The position numbers and the translations under genes were made by a program. A stretch of 20,000 nt of DNA, taken from an uncultured Candidatus Sumerlaeota bacterium. Its GTDB lineage: Bacteria; CAYMEV01. Location: NCBI GenBank assembly GCA_964389675.1, contig CAYMEV010000020.1:58768-78767 (forward strand), given 5' to 3'. Position 1 is the stretch's first letter. Each line of letters opens with the position of its first letter. Of this stretch, positions 1-8,404 are shown one piece after another. The notes beneath the pieces were generated by a model. That model saw nothing but the letters and a program-made list of their open reading frames with translations. It ran no database searches and was not told the origin of the DNA.

Positions 1-86
1 TCATCGAAAAATGGGGCAATTATCAGCTCGAGCAATTCAGCTCAGGATCAGAACTCCAGATAATATTCTGCCGCAGGCAGAAATAG
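1..86 (+). CDS. 3' end of a gene entering from the left; probable class I SAM-dependent methyltransferase (partial)
   Basis: The frame from position 3 reads IEKWGNYQLEQFSSGSELQIIFCRRQK then TAG (84-86). This resembles the '(Y/W)G(D/N)Y...F...S..(M/Q)I...RK' C-terminal tail of many Methyltransf_25-like proteins. It is followed by a hairpin and a convergent gene. Only 27 codons are visible. Confidence 0.5.
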   Translation, partial: IEKWGNYQLEQFSSGSELQIIFCRRQK

Positions 87-99
87 TATGAAAGTCTTC

Positions 100-129
100 A
101 GCCTTGCCTGAATAAATTTCAGACAGGCT
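100..129. terminator. Hairpin between convergent genes; probable bidirectional terminator
   Basis: AGCCTTGCCTGAA-TAAAT-TTCAGACAGGCT is an imperfect inverted repeat between the TAG at 86 and the minus-strand stop at 130. Confidence 0.5.
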
Positions 130-3100
130 TTAATCCAATGAGCACATTGCATTGGAATTACCTGAAGCTGCAATAAGATCAAATGACCCGAAATATGTTT
201 TTCTCAGGAAAATATCCCCGTTAGCTGAACTGCAGAGCATGAGATCATGTTTTGCCTGCCCTGTAAATAATCCTGAAGCTATTCTCTTGAATGGAGCATT
301 TGCAATAAGTGTCCATACTGATGTATCAGAGCAGAAATAATAGGTTTTTGAAAGATAGGTCATTATTACTTCATTGCCGGGGCCATCTGAAACATCACCG
401 CAGCAGATCATATGGCCTGCATCAGGATAACCCCATGTAATCCTGTTCCACTGATAGGATGTTCTTGATGTGTTTCCAGCAATATAGGTTCCTATGCCGG
501 TAAAAGAGCATACAAGCTCATTATTACCATTGCCGGATGTGTCAGATGCGATGATCTGAGAGGGGCTTGCAAACAGCAATCTTGTAAAAGTCCCTTCCTG
601 AAAATTGTATTCATAAATACCATCCACAATGCCAAAGCTTAAAAGGAGCTCATCAATTCCATCAGGATCCATATCCATGTTTCCTGAGCACATAATGGAA
701 ACAGGGTATTGAATTATCCTCTCCCAGGCAGCACCCTGGAAATCATACCTATAAAGCCCGTATTGGGTGAAGGATGCTATAACATCAGACGGCCCGGCCG
801 GATTTGTTTTTGCAGTTATAACGCAACTGGTTTCAAATGAAGACAGATTGAACCAGCTGGATGTTGAAAAACTGTAATACCATAGGCCATCAGTACCAAA
901 ATCAACAATTATCTCTTTTAATCCGTCATTGCTGATATCCCCGTAATGAATAGATTCAGCTGTCATGCCTGAGATAAGCTTTGTCCAGCTGGAGCTCCTT
1001 TCATCATCTATATAGCTCCATAGCCATATTCCCTCAAAACTTGGATTTTCAAGGCTTATTGACAGATCATGATATGTGGATGCAGATAATATGATATCAA
1101 TCTCTGTATTATTTGAATCGACCAGATAGGATGAATCATAGTATATAAAACCGCTCTTTGAAACATGATATGAATAATTCCCATGAAAAAGGCTGATGAC
1201 AGCATTTCCCTGGCTGTTTGTGAGATACTCGGAATCATCAATAGTTATTTTTGCAGCTTCAACAGGATTTGTCCCGTCAGAAACAGAAACAGTAACAGGC
1301 TGCTTTACAGTTATATTTCCTGAAGCGTTTGAAAATGCACCGCTTGCATTGTGTGCTATCCACACCCTCCAGTCATCGGATGTATTAATGCCGTCTGGTA
1401 TGATGAAGGATGCACTGCCTGAATTTAGTGTATCTGATGTCAGGAGATAGTAGTCAGGTCCTTCTATATCAGGGTACCCGTCCCTTTTTATTGATATTCT
1501 CATTGAATCCCCCGAAGGTGCATCGCAGGTCCATGAAATATCGATCTGGCTTCCAATTGAATATATGCCCTGAGATGGCTGAATATCAGTTATATTAACA
1601 GAACCAACACTTATGGCAAAATTTATAATATCATCAGCAGGGCCGTTCTGACCGGTGTCTGAGAACCATCCCAGCCCGTCTTCATACAGGTTTAAGTATT
1701 CGGTAACAGTCTGGCCGGCAAGGCTTGGGTCTGCATGAATATAAAATGAAAAAGAATATTGCTGAAACGGAAGAACCTGAGTACTGAAATTTGATACTGT
1801 AGATGTATTAATCCAATCAGGATGATAAAAAAGGGAATCATGATTCTGGGGATTCGATGTTTTTAGATAAGTGCCCGGAGAAAAGGAACTGAAACCATTG
1901 TTCTTAAGGGTTATATCTACTGTTCCATCCTCATTGATCTCAAGGCCTGATGGTGCGCTTATAGAGATAAGCTCTGCGCCTACAGGGGATTTTGGACCTC
2001 CGGCTGTAATATCAAGGTAGGTGCCTGAAGCCCATCCATCTGTATGTCCGGTAGAACCAGGCAAAGAAAATCTGTACCACCCTCCTGACTCCTCCAGAAG
2101 AGCAATTTTCTGCCCATTTGACAGGGTAGTAATGATGTCATAGGCTGTTGAAGGGCCCGACCTGACATTGAGGGTTGATGAAACATTGACAGTGGCTATG
2201 CCTGTAGCCTGAGAGCCTGTCAGGTACCCATTTTCTGCAGTTGTCCCCCCGTTGCACCAGCCATAGCTGTAACCCTCGCCTGATGGGAAATGGAGCTTAT
2301 ACCAGCCATTGTCATAGTCAGAAACCACAAACTTCTGGTTTCCTGTTAGAGTCGTAAGTATGCTGTAAGAGGGGGAGGGGCCTGTCCTGACATTAAGGGT
2401 ATATACTGATGATTTCACTTCAGCAACAAATGCCTGCGGTAATGGGTCAGGATCCTCCTGGACATAATCAAAATACCTCGGGATATAGTCTGCAAGCTGT
2501 GTGAAGGTAAAATCCCTGTAGGATACTCTCCAGTCAGCACCGGCTGACTCTATGGTATTTACTGTTCCTGAAGGGTTATCACTGATAACAAGCCTTACAT
2601 GGCTGGATGCCTTGTTTACAACATCGCCCCGTTTTAATTCAGTAAATGAAGAATAGGCCGTTGAAATATCCTGAAGGGTATAGGTGCTGTATTTGATGCT
2701 TGTATCCCATGACCTGGATACAAAACCTGAGCAGTCCACTCCTACACAATAGTTATCAGTCCAGGAGACAGATTCTGTATAATTGTCGCCTGCATATTTA
2801 CCGGCTGATACCTGACTGGTAAAGGTGGTAAGGCTTGTCCACCCGCCCCATTTATATGGGACCTTCTGCAGGCTGCCAGCTACGACCCATGATGGTGTAC
2901 GAATATATGAGCCATCAGGAAGCTGTATTATCCCGCCTGATATATTTGAGCTTGTGGCAGTCCAGACCAGTGCCTCATATGGGACTGCATTATCCAGTAT
3001 CTGAGATCTTGTTATCGGATTTTCCGCCTTAGGGCGGCGATTATCCTTTTGAGGCTCTACCTCTGTTGATTTAAGCTCAGAGTTATAATGGTACTTTTCA

Positions 3101-4023
3101 GGAAACTCAGATATGAATACGCCCTGATCTGATAAAACAAGCTCATCAAGGCTTGTTCTGATGGCATGAATCCCGTCTTTTGCTGAAAGCATATAGTAAA
3201 GAATGCCCTCATATACCTTAATATTGTCTGGAAAATAGGTATAATAGAGAAAAGGAATGTCGATCCTTTTTATGATATTTCCGTTATGGTCAATAAAGAG
3301 AAGCATTTCTTCTGCTTTTATCGGGTTCATTGAAAAAAGTTCCTCACTTCTGATAAGTATGTACTTTTCGCCTATGTAAAGAATAGATGAGGCACCAATA
3401 TATCCTTCATAGTTGACTGGTATTTCCTCACAGCCGATGAACAATCTGATATTATGAAAGTCTTCCTTTATTAAAAAACCTTTGCAGAAGCTGCCGTCCT
3501 GATATACAGCTTTTATTGCAGGGATCGGGTCAAGCATTTTATTATTTTTAATATCATATATACTGTGAAAATATGCATTTTCATCCATTGCATAGAGTAT
3601 ATTTTCTCTTATAAGCAATGACTTGATTATCATTATATTTTCAGGCTTTCTTAAAATGGCAGTATTACGCTGGCCCTCTTTACTGCAGATCTTGATATCA
3701 ATTCCATTGTAAAAAGCTAAACAATCATTATCTACAGCAAAACAGTCTGTATAACTGTCAACTTTGAAAAGGCTTATTATATTTCCGGATTTAAGATCAA
3801 ATGATTTTATAGTGTTTATCTCCCTGTCCAGGATGTACAGGGCATCTCCATCAACAGTGAAGAAGGAAGGCCCGTATCTCCCGCAGCTTTCAAGCCTTGT
3901 CGAAAAATTCGCCTGTCCTTTGCCCCATGAGAATTCATATAAATTTTCAAAACCGAAAGAAAAGGAAGCTATAAAAAACACAAATAGCAAAAACAGCATT
4001 GACTTATAACTATAATGGTTCAT
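130..4023 (-). CDS. Secreted modular NlpC/P60-like peptidoglycan peptidase: signal peptide, ~300-aa probable beta-propeller, NlpC/P60-like catalytic domain, two SH3b domains, Ig-like domains, C-terminal FG-GAP-like repeats
   Basis: Hydrophobic N-terminus (LFLLFVFFIASFSFG). Catalytic-type motifs VPYKWGG (~2843-2862), GVDCSGFVSRSW (Cys, ~2710-2742) and LKRGDVV...HVRL (His, ~2591-2601). Two SH3b motifs, LNVRTGPSPSYSILTTL...GWYK and LNVRSGPSTAYDIITTL...GWYR. VSDGTNPVEAAKITI is carboxypeptidase-regulatory/PEGA-like. Repeats of the GDxxxDGxxE(I/L)xxxF type lie at the C-terminus. AAGGGG RBS upstream. Confidence 0.85.
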   Translation of the reverse strand: MNHYSYKSMLFLLFVFFIASFSFGFENLYEFSWGKGQANFSTRLESCGRYGPSFFTVDGDALYILDREINTIKSFDLKSGNIISLFKVDSYTDCFAVDNDCLAFYNGIDIKICSKEGQRNTAILRKPENIMIIKSLLIRENILYAMDENAYFHSIYDIKNNKMLDPIPAIKAVYQDGSFCKGFLIKEDFHNIRLFIGCEEIPVNYEGYIGASSILYIGEKYILIRSEELFSMNPIKAEEMLLFIDHNGNIIKRIDIPFLYYTYFPDNIKVYEGILYYMLSAKDGIHAIRTSLDELVLSDQGVFISEFPEKYHYNSELKSTEVEPQKDNRRPKAENPITRSQILDNAVPYEALVWTATSSNISGGIIQLPDGSYIRTPSWVVAGSLQKVPYKWGGWTSLTTFTSQVSAGKYAGDNYTESVSWTDNYCVGVDCSGFVSRSWDTSIKYSTYTLQDISTAYSSFTELKRGDVVNKASSHVRLVISDNPSGTVNTIESAGADWRVSYRDFTFTQLADYIPRYFDYVQEDPDPLPQAFVAEVKSSVYTLNVRTGPSPSYSILTTLTGNQKFVVSDYDNGWYKLHFPSGEGYSYGWCNGGTTAENGYLTGSQATGIATVNVSSTLNVRSGPSTAYDIITTLSNGQKIALLEESGGWYRFSLPGSTGHTDGWASGTYLDITAGGPKSPVGAELISISAPSGLEINEDGTVDITLKNNGFSSFSPGTYLKTSNPQNHDSLFYHPDWINTSTVSNFSTQVLPFQQYSFSFYIHADPSLAGQTVTEYLNLYEDGLGWFSDTGQNGPADDIINFAISVGSVNITDIQPSQGIYSIGSQIDISWTCDAPSGDSMRISIKRDGYPDIEGPDYYLLTSDTLNSGSASFIIPDGINTSDDWRVWIAHNASGAFSNASGNITVKQPVTVSVSDGTNPVEAAKITIDDSEYLTNSQGNAVISLFHGNYSYHVSKSGFIYYDSSYLVDSNNTEIDIILSASTYHDLSISLENPSFEGIWLWSYIDDERSSSWTKLISGMTAESIHYGDISNDGLKEIIVDFGTDGLWYYSFSTSSWFNLSSFETSCVITAKTNPAGPSDVIASFTQYGLYRYDFQGAAWERIIQYPVSIMCSGNMDMDPDGIDELLLSFGIVDGIYEYNFQEGTFTRLLFASPSQIIASDTSGNGNNELVCSFTGIGTYIAGNTSRTSYQWNRITWGYPDAGHMICCGDVSDGPGNEVIMTYLSKTYYFCSDTSVWTLIANAPFKRIASGLFTGQAKHDLMLCSSANGDIFLRKTYFGSFDLIAASGNSNAMCSLD

Positions 4024-4053
4024 AAAAATTACCCCTTGATTCTTATTATTAAA

Positions 4054-4082
4054 AATATAGCATATCGGATGATATAAATCAA
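4054..4082 (-). promoter_or_regulatory. Putative sigma70 promoter for the NlpC/P60 gene
   Basis: On the minus strand: TTGATT (4082-4077), 17-nt spacer, TATATT (4059-4054) with an extended -10 TGn. It lies ~30 nt upstream of the ATG. Confidence 0.5.
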
Positions 4083-4189
4083 GCTGATAATGGATAAAAG
4101 CTATGAATCAGCTTACCTGGTCCTTTTAGAACAGGCTTATTATGCCTGCTTCAGGTAAGAAGCTGAATCATTCAGGCCTTAGGCTTTGC

Positions 4190-4217
4190 AAAAAACCCTG
4201 AAATATTTCAGGATTTT
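4190..4217 (-). terminator. Probable intrinsic terminator downstream of ktrA/trkA
   Basis: Perfect 16-bp palindrome CCTGAAATATTTCAGG (4197-4212) flanked by A and T tracts, immediately after the stop at 4218. On the minus strand it is followed by a T tract. Confidence 0.6.
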
Positions 4218-4868
4218 TTATTCTGTAAGCTTTTTTATATCGTTTTCCTTTCCTATCAGAAGAAGGATGGAGTCTGGTTTGAGTTTAGATGCAGGGTCAG
4301 GCAAAAAATGAAAATTCCTTTTATATTTCCCTCTGATGGCTATAACGAAAACATTGTATTTACCGGGCAGTGACAGTTCTATAAGGCTTTTATCATAAAA
4401 TGCAGGGGGTGTATTTACCTCCATTACCACATAGCCCTGGGAGAGCGGTATGTAATCTATCAGGTTGGGGTTCATAATCTTTGCAGCAATCATTTCTGCT
4501 GTATCTCTTTCAGGGAAAACGATCTCATCAGCTCCAAGTGTCTTTAATATATTTCCATGATCATCACTAATTGCTTTTACCCTTATCTTCTTAACATTAA
4601 GCTTTTTGAGGTGAACAACGCATAGAATGCTCTGTTCCATGGTTTTCCCCAGGCTTACAATTACCTCGTCAACCTCAGGGTCGATAACCGCTTTCAATGC
4701 ATCAAAGCTGGTTACATCCAGTATTAATGCCTTTCTTACAAACCTTTGAATATCTGCGATCTTTTTCTCATCTATGTCAAGAGCAATTACCTCGCTTCCC
4801 TCTTTTGCCAGCTCCTTACAAAGATGCACGCCAAACTGGCTAAGCCCGATAACACAAATCTGTATCAT
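4218..4868 (-). CDS. ktrA: KtrA/TrkA-family potassium uptake regulatory subunit (RCK_N + RCK_C)
   Basis: ICVIGLSQFG Rossmann start, EVIALDIDE, KAISDDHGNILKTLGADEIVFPERD, and C-terminal KSLIELSL...VIAI...LLLIG. AGGAGG RBS. Directly downstream of ktrB. Confidence 0.92.
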   Translation of the reverse strand: MIQICVIGLSQFGVHLCKELAKEGSEVIALDIDEKKIADIQRFVRKALILDVTSFDALKAVIDPEVDEVIVSLGKTMEQSILCVVHLKKLNVKKIRVKAISDDHGNILKTLGADEIVFPERDTAEMIAAKIMNPNLIDYIPLSQGYVVMEVNTPPAFYDKSLIELSLPGKYNVFVIAIRGKYKRNFHFLPDPASKLKPDSILLLIGKENDIKKLTE

Positions 4869-4878
4869 ACTGTTCCTC

Positions 4879-6216
4879 CTATCCTACCAGGATATCCTCC
4901 CGGGGCATTCTATATAAGTCCTGCTCCTTTTTTATTATTACAAATGCGATTGTCAATGGCCCAATTCTTCCGAAAAACATTGTCATTATAATCCATATTT
5001 TTGAAACAGCGGAAAGCCTGGATGTTATGCCTGTTGAGAGCCCGACAGTACCAAATGCCGATATCTGTTCAAATATTATATCGATTGCTCTTACTGAATC
5101 ATTTGAGCCCTCCATAGAAGACAGTATCATAAAGCCTGCAATGTTCCATAATAAGGCTACCAAAACAAGAAGGACTATCTTATTAATAATATCACTGCTT
5201 ATTGACCTGTTAAAAATATTTACACTTGTCCTGCCTTTAAGCATTGCAAAAATATATGCCAACAATCCAAAAAAAACGCTGGTCTTTATTCCACCGGCAC
5301 AGGATCCCGGTGACCCCCCGATGAACATAAGTACTGAAAGCAGGAAAAGGGAGGATGATGGAAGGCCTGATGTGTCTATGCTGTTGAAACCTGCAGTTCT
5401 TGCCGTTACTGACTGGAATAATGCATTAACAGCCTTTATATGAAATGGTTCATCCATTTCAATCCCAAAAAGCATTAAAAATATTAGGCCGAAAATAATT
5501 AGGAATATTGATGTAAAAAGGACGACCTTTGTATGAACTGGCAGAATATAAACCTGGCGGATATTCCTTATTTTTGCCTGTATTAGCTTAAAAAGATCAT
5601 AATAGACTATATACCCGATACCTCCCAAAAATATTAATACCATCATTAATATGAGTACTGGCAGATCTGTATTGAAACCTATCAGGCTGTCTGAATAAAG
5701 CGAGAATCCGGCATTGCAGAAAGCAGAAATGCTGTGGAATATGGAAGTAAATAAATTTCCTAATTTCATGTAAAGCAAAGCAGTACCCAGAGATTCAATA
5801 AATAAGGTCAGAAGGAATATGCTTATTATCAGTTTTTTTATATTATAAGCAGTCTCGTTCTGGAAAAAGGAATTATAAAGAGCATATTTCGAGGTTATGG
5901 TGATCCTTTTTCCTGTGAGAAAGAAAATAAGGCTGAAGAAGGTCATTACGCCAAGCCCTCCAAGCTGTATGAGAATCAGGATTATAACCTGGCCGGCTTT
6001 GTTAAAATCGCTCCCGGTATCTCTTACAATGAGTCCTGTAACACATACAGCTGAAGTGGATGTAAAAAGGCTGTCGATATAGCTGATCTGGCTGTTATTA
6101 CAGAAGGGCATTGACAGAAGAATGCTTCCTATGAGTATTACAGTGAGGAATGTTGAGACAATGATCAGCTCTGTGCTCGATAGTATATGGCTTATTAGAA
6201 AATGTAAAACTTTCAT
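4879..6216 (-). CDS. ktrB: KtrB/TrkH-family potassium transporter membrane subunit
   Basis: Four pore-loop motifs (SAVCVTGL, SAFCNAGF, TARTAGF, SAFGTVGL), LMFIGGSPGSCAGGIK, MFFGRIGPLT and the C-terminal EDILVG. Multiple TM segments. Confidence 0.95.
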   Translation of the reverse strand: MKVLHFLISHILSSTELIIVSTFLTVILIGSILLSMPFCNNSQISYIDSLFTSTSAVCVTGLIVRDTGSDFNKAGQVIILILIQLGGLGVMTFFSLIFFLTGKRITITSKYALYNSFFQNETAYNIKKLIISIFLLTLFIESLGTALLYMKLGNLFTSIFHSISAFCNAGFSLYSDSLIGFNTDLPVLILMMVLIFLGGIGYIVYYDLFKLIQAKIRNIRQVYILPVHTKVVLFTSIFLIIFGLIFLMLFGIEMDEPFHIKAVNALFQSVTARTAGFNSIDTSGLPSSSLFLLSVLMFIGGSPGSCAGGIKTSVFFGLLAYIFAMLKGRTSVNIFNRSISSDIINKIVLLVLVALLWNIAGFMILSSMEGSNDSVRAIDIIFEQISAFGTVGLSTGITSRLSAVSKIWIIMTMFFGRIGPLTIAFVIIKKEQDLYRMPREDILVG

Positions 6217-6241
6217 GGTATTACCTTATAAACTGCAACTG

Positions 6242-6283
6242 ATTATGAATTAAATTGATTTTGTTTGCAAGAAATATTAAAAT
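6242..6283. promoter_or_regulatory. Overlapping divergent sigma70-like promoters (ktrBA on -, ABC-selA operon on +)
   Basis: Plus strand: TTGATT (6255-6260), 17 nt, TAAAAT (6278-6283). Minus strand: TTGCAA (6270-6265), 17 nt, CATAAT (6247-6242). Confidence 0.55.
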
Positions 6284-6326
6284 GGGATCAAAATGAAAAC
6301 TATCAAAATACCTGGTAATATTACAG

Positions 6327-7073
6327 TTGATAATCTTAAAAAATATATATAAGGACTATTCTGGCAAACCTGCCCTGAATAACCTCAGCCTGAGTGTAGC
6401 AGAGGGAGAGCTCTTTGGTTTTCTTGGCCCTAACGGTGCCGGCAAGACAACTGCCCTGAAAATCCTGACGCTCCTGCTTGAGCCAACAAGTGGCGAGGTA
6501 TTATTAAACAATGAACTGCATAATGAAAAGAACAGGAAAAATCTTACGAATATTGGCTATATCCCTGACAGGCCCTATATATATCCAAAACTAACAGGCC
6601 GGGAATTCCTCCTGTTTTATTTAAGTATTTACAATATTGCCTATACTCCAGATAAAATAAGAAAAATGGAGGAACTTACCAGCCTTTTTGAAATCAGCCA
6701 TATTTTGGATGAACTTACTGAGAGCTACTCACATGGAATGAAACAGAAGCTGATATTTACAGCAATCTTCCTGCAGGACCCGAAGATATTCCTTATTGAT
6801 GAGCCTATGGTGGGGCTTGACCCCAAGGGTATTGTATCCATCAAGAGCATGCTTACCGAGCAGGCAAGAAGAAAAAAATCAATAATCATGAGTACTCATT
6901 CACTGGATATAGCTGAGGAAATATGCGATACCATCGGAATAATAAATAAAGGGCAGCTGATAAAAGTAATGTCCCGTGAAGAACTTAAAAAGGAGAAGGA
7001 AAACAAGAAGTCCAACCTTACTGATATATTCCTTACACTGACTACTGAAAAGACTTCCGCGGACCATGCATGA
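6327..7073 (+). CDS. ABC transporter ATP-binding protein (ABC-2/CcmA-like exporter type)
   Basis: Walker A GPNGAGKT, signature YSHGMKQK, Walker B FLIDEP, H-loop STH. TTG start without an obvious RBS. No permease gene in the window. Confidence 0.92.
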   Translation: MIILKNIYKDYSGKPALNNLSLSVAEGELFGFLGPNGAGKTTALKILTLLLEPTSGEVLLNNELHNEKNRKNLTNIGYIPDRPYIYPKLTGREFLLFYLSIYNIAYTPDKIRKMEELTSLFEISHILDELTESYSHGMKQKLIFTAIFLQDPKIFLIDEPMVGLDPKGIVSIKSMLTEQARRKKSIIMSTHSLDIAEEICDTIGIINKGQLIKVMSREELKKEKENKKSNLTDIFLTLTTEKTSADHA

Positions 7074-8404
7074 TGAACGATTACAGATTTATACCCTCCA
7101 TGGACGAACTTTTAAACACCCTTGATACGCATAAGGTGAAAAGAAAGCACGCAAAAAGGATATTAAATGGGATTTTGGATGAGATAAAAAGACAGCTGCC
7201 TGAAAGAGGCCTGTTTGGCTCAAGGCAGGATGCGCTGGGCCATATAAGAGTATCATATGAAAAATGTATCGAGGATATAAAGGAGAGGTCATTCAGAAGG
7301 GTACTTAACTGCACAGGGATAATACTGCATACAAACCTTGGAAGAGCTCCCTATTCAGACATAATCGACCATATCCTTCCGATGCTTAAATCCTATATAA
7401 ATCTTGAAATGGATATAAGGTCAAATACCAGGACAGACCGGCTTGAAAGCTTAAAAGAGAAGATAAGGCTTATGTCAGGTTTTGAGGATTGCCTCTTTGT
7501 AAATAATAATGCAGCGGCTTTTTTGCTTATATGCAATACACTCTCAAAGGGCAGGGAAATTATAGTCTCAAGGGGTGAGCTGGTTGAAATTGGAGGCAGT
7601 TTCAGGATCCCTGATATAATTGGTGTATCCCAGGCCAGGCTTATAGAGGCAGGAACAACCAATATAACAAGGATTGAGGATTACGAAAGCAAAATAGGTG
7701 ATACAGGCCTGATTGCCAAAATCCACAAAAGCAATTACAGTATCAACGGCCATACAGAAGATGTAAGCACTGCAGCCCTTCTCGAATTGTCACGCAGGCA
7801 TGGGGTAATACTCTATGAAGACATGGGAAGCCATGACATCAGCGATCTCGACCATATTTCATCAGATGAAAGCTATATTGCCTCATTCTCTATGGATAAG
7901 ATTGCAGGGGCAGTACAATCCGGCATAATACTTTCGACACAAAACATAATATCAAAGCTGAAGAGAAATCCCCTTTACCGAACATTAAGATTGTCAAAAT
8001 TTCCCTTGCTTTATCTGGACTGCTACCTTGAAAGATGCATATTCGGAGAGGAAAATGCAAAGTCAGACAGCCTTGCACGAAAGACAAAAGAATCTCTTCA
8101 AGAAAGGATCAGCCATGTTTTCAACAGAATTTCAAATAATAATGATATTAAAATGGAAATAATGCCTTCTATTGCTGAATACGGAGGTGGGTCCGGAACA
8201 GAAAACATATTTGACAGTTACTGTATTGCAATATCAGGGGATATAAACAGACTTGACAGCATTTTAAGGACTAATGTCAGCCCCCCTGTTATCTCAAGGA
8301 TCGGTGAAAAGGCAATCCTGCTCGATATAGCCGCTATCCCGCCTGAAGAGGATGAACTGCTGATCTCCGTTTTAAACCAGGCATTCAGGCTTTATGAGAA
8401 ATGA
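7070..8404 (+). CDS. selA: L-seryl-tRNA(Sec) selenium transferase (selenocysteine synthase), PLP-dependent
   Basis: N-terminal RFIPSMDELL, RVLNCTGIILHTNLGRAP, VNNNAAA, EIIVSRGELVEIGGSFRIPD, EAGTTN, HKSNY, EDMGS, PLP-Lys motif FSMDK, and PLYRTLR. ATGA overlap with the upstream gene. Confidence 0.93.
   Translation: MMNDYRFIPSMDELLNTLDTHKVKRKHAKRILNGILDEIKRQLPERGLFGSRQDALGHIRVSYEKCIEDIKERSFRRVLNCTGIILHTNLGRAPYSDIIDHILPMLKSYINLEMDIRSNTRTDRLESLKEKIRLMSGFEDCLFVNNNAAAFLLICNTLSKGREIIVSRGELVEIGGSFRIPDIIGVSQARLIEAGTTNITRIEDYESKIGDTGLIAKIHKSNYSINGHTEDVSTAALLELSRRHGVILYEDMGSHDISDLDHISSDESYIASFSMDKIAGAVQSGIILSTQNIISKLKRNPLYRTLRLSKFPLLYLDCYLERCIFGEENAKSDSLARKTKESLQERISHVFNRISNNNDIKMEIMPSIAEYGGGSGTENIFDSYCIAISGDINRLDSILRTNVSPPVISRIGEKAILLDIAAIPPEEDELLISVLNQAFRLYEK

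Noticed and set aside
4024-4217. c-di-AMP (ydaO/yuaA) riboswitch, suggested by the ktr and NlpC/P60 context
   Set aside because: Only a GCTGAATC word is present, and it is on the wrong strand. The GGGGGAACC, GGGGTGAATC and GTCAGCTAAC elements are missing.
4081-4217. tRNA-Sec (selC) or another tRNA in the intergenic hairpins
   Set aside because: No cloverleaf, no GTTC(G/A)A T-loop and no CCA end was found here or in the other spacers.
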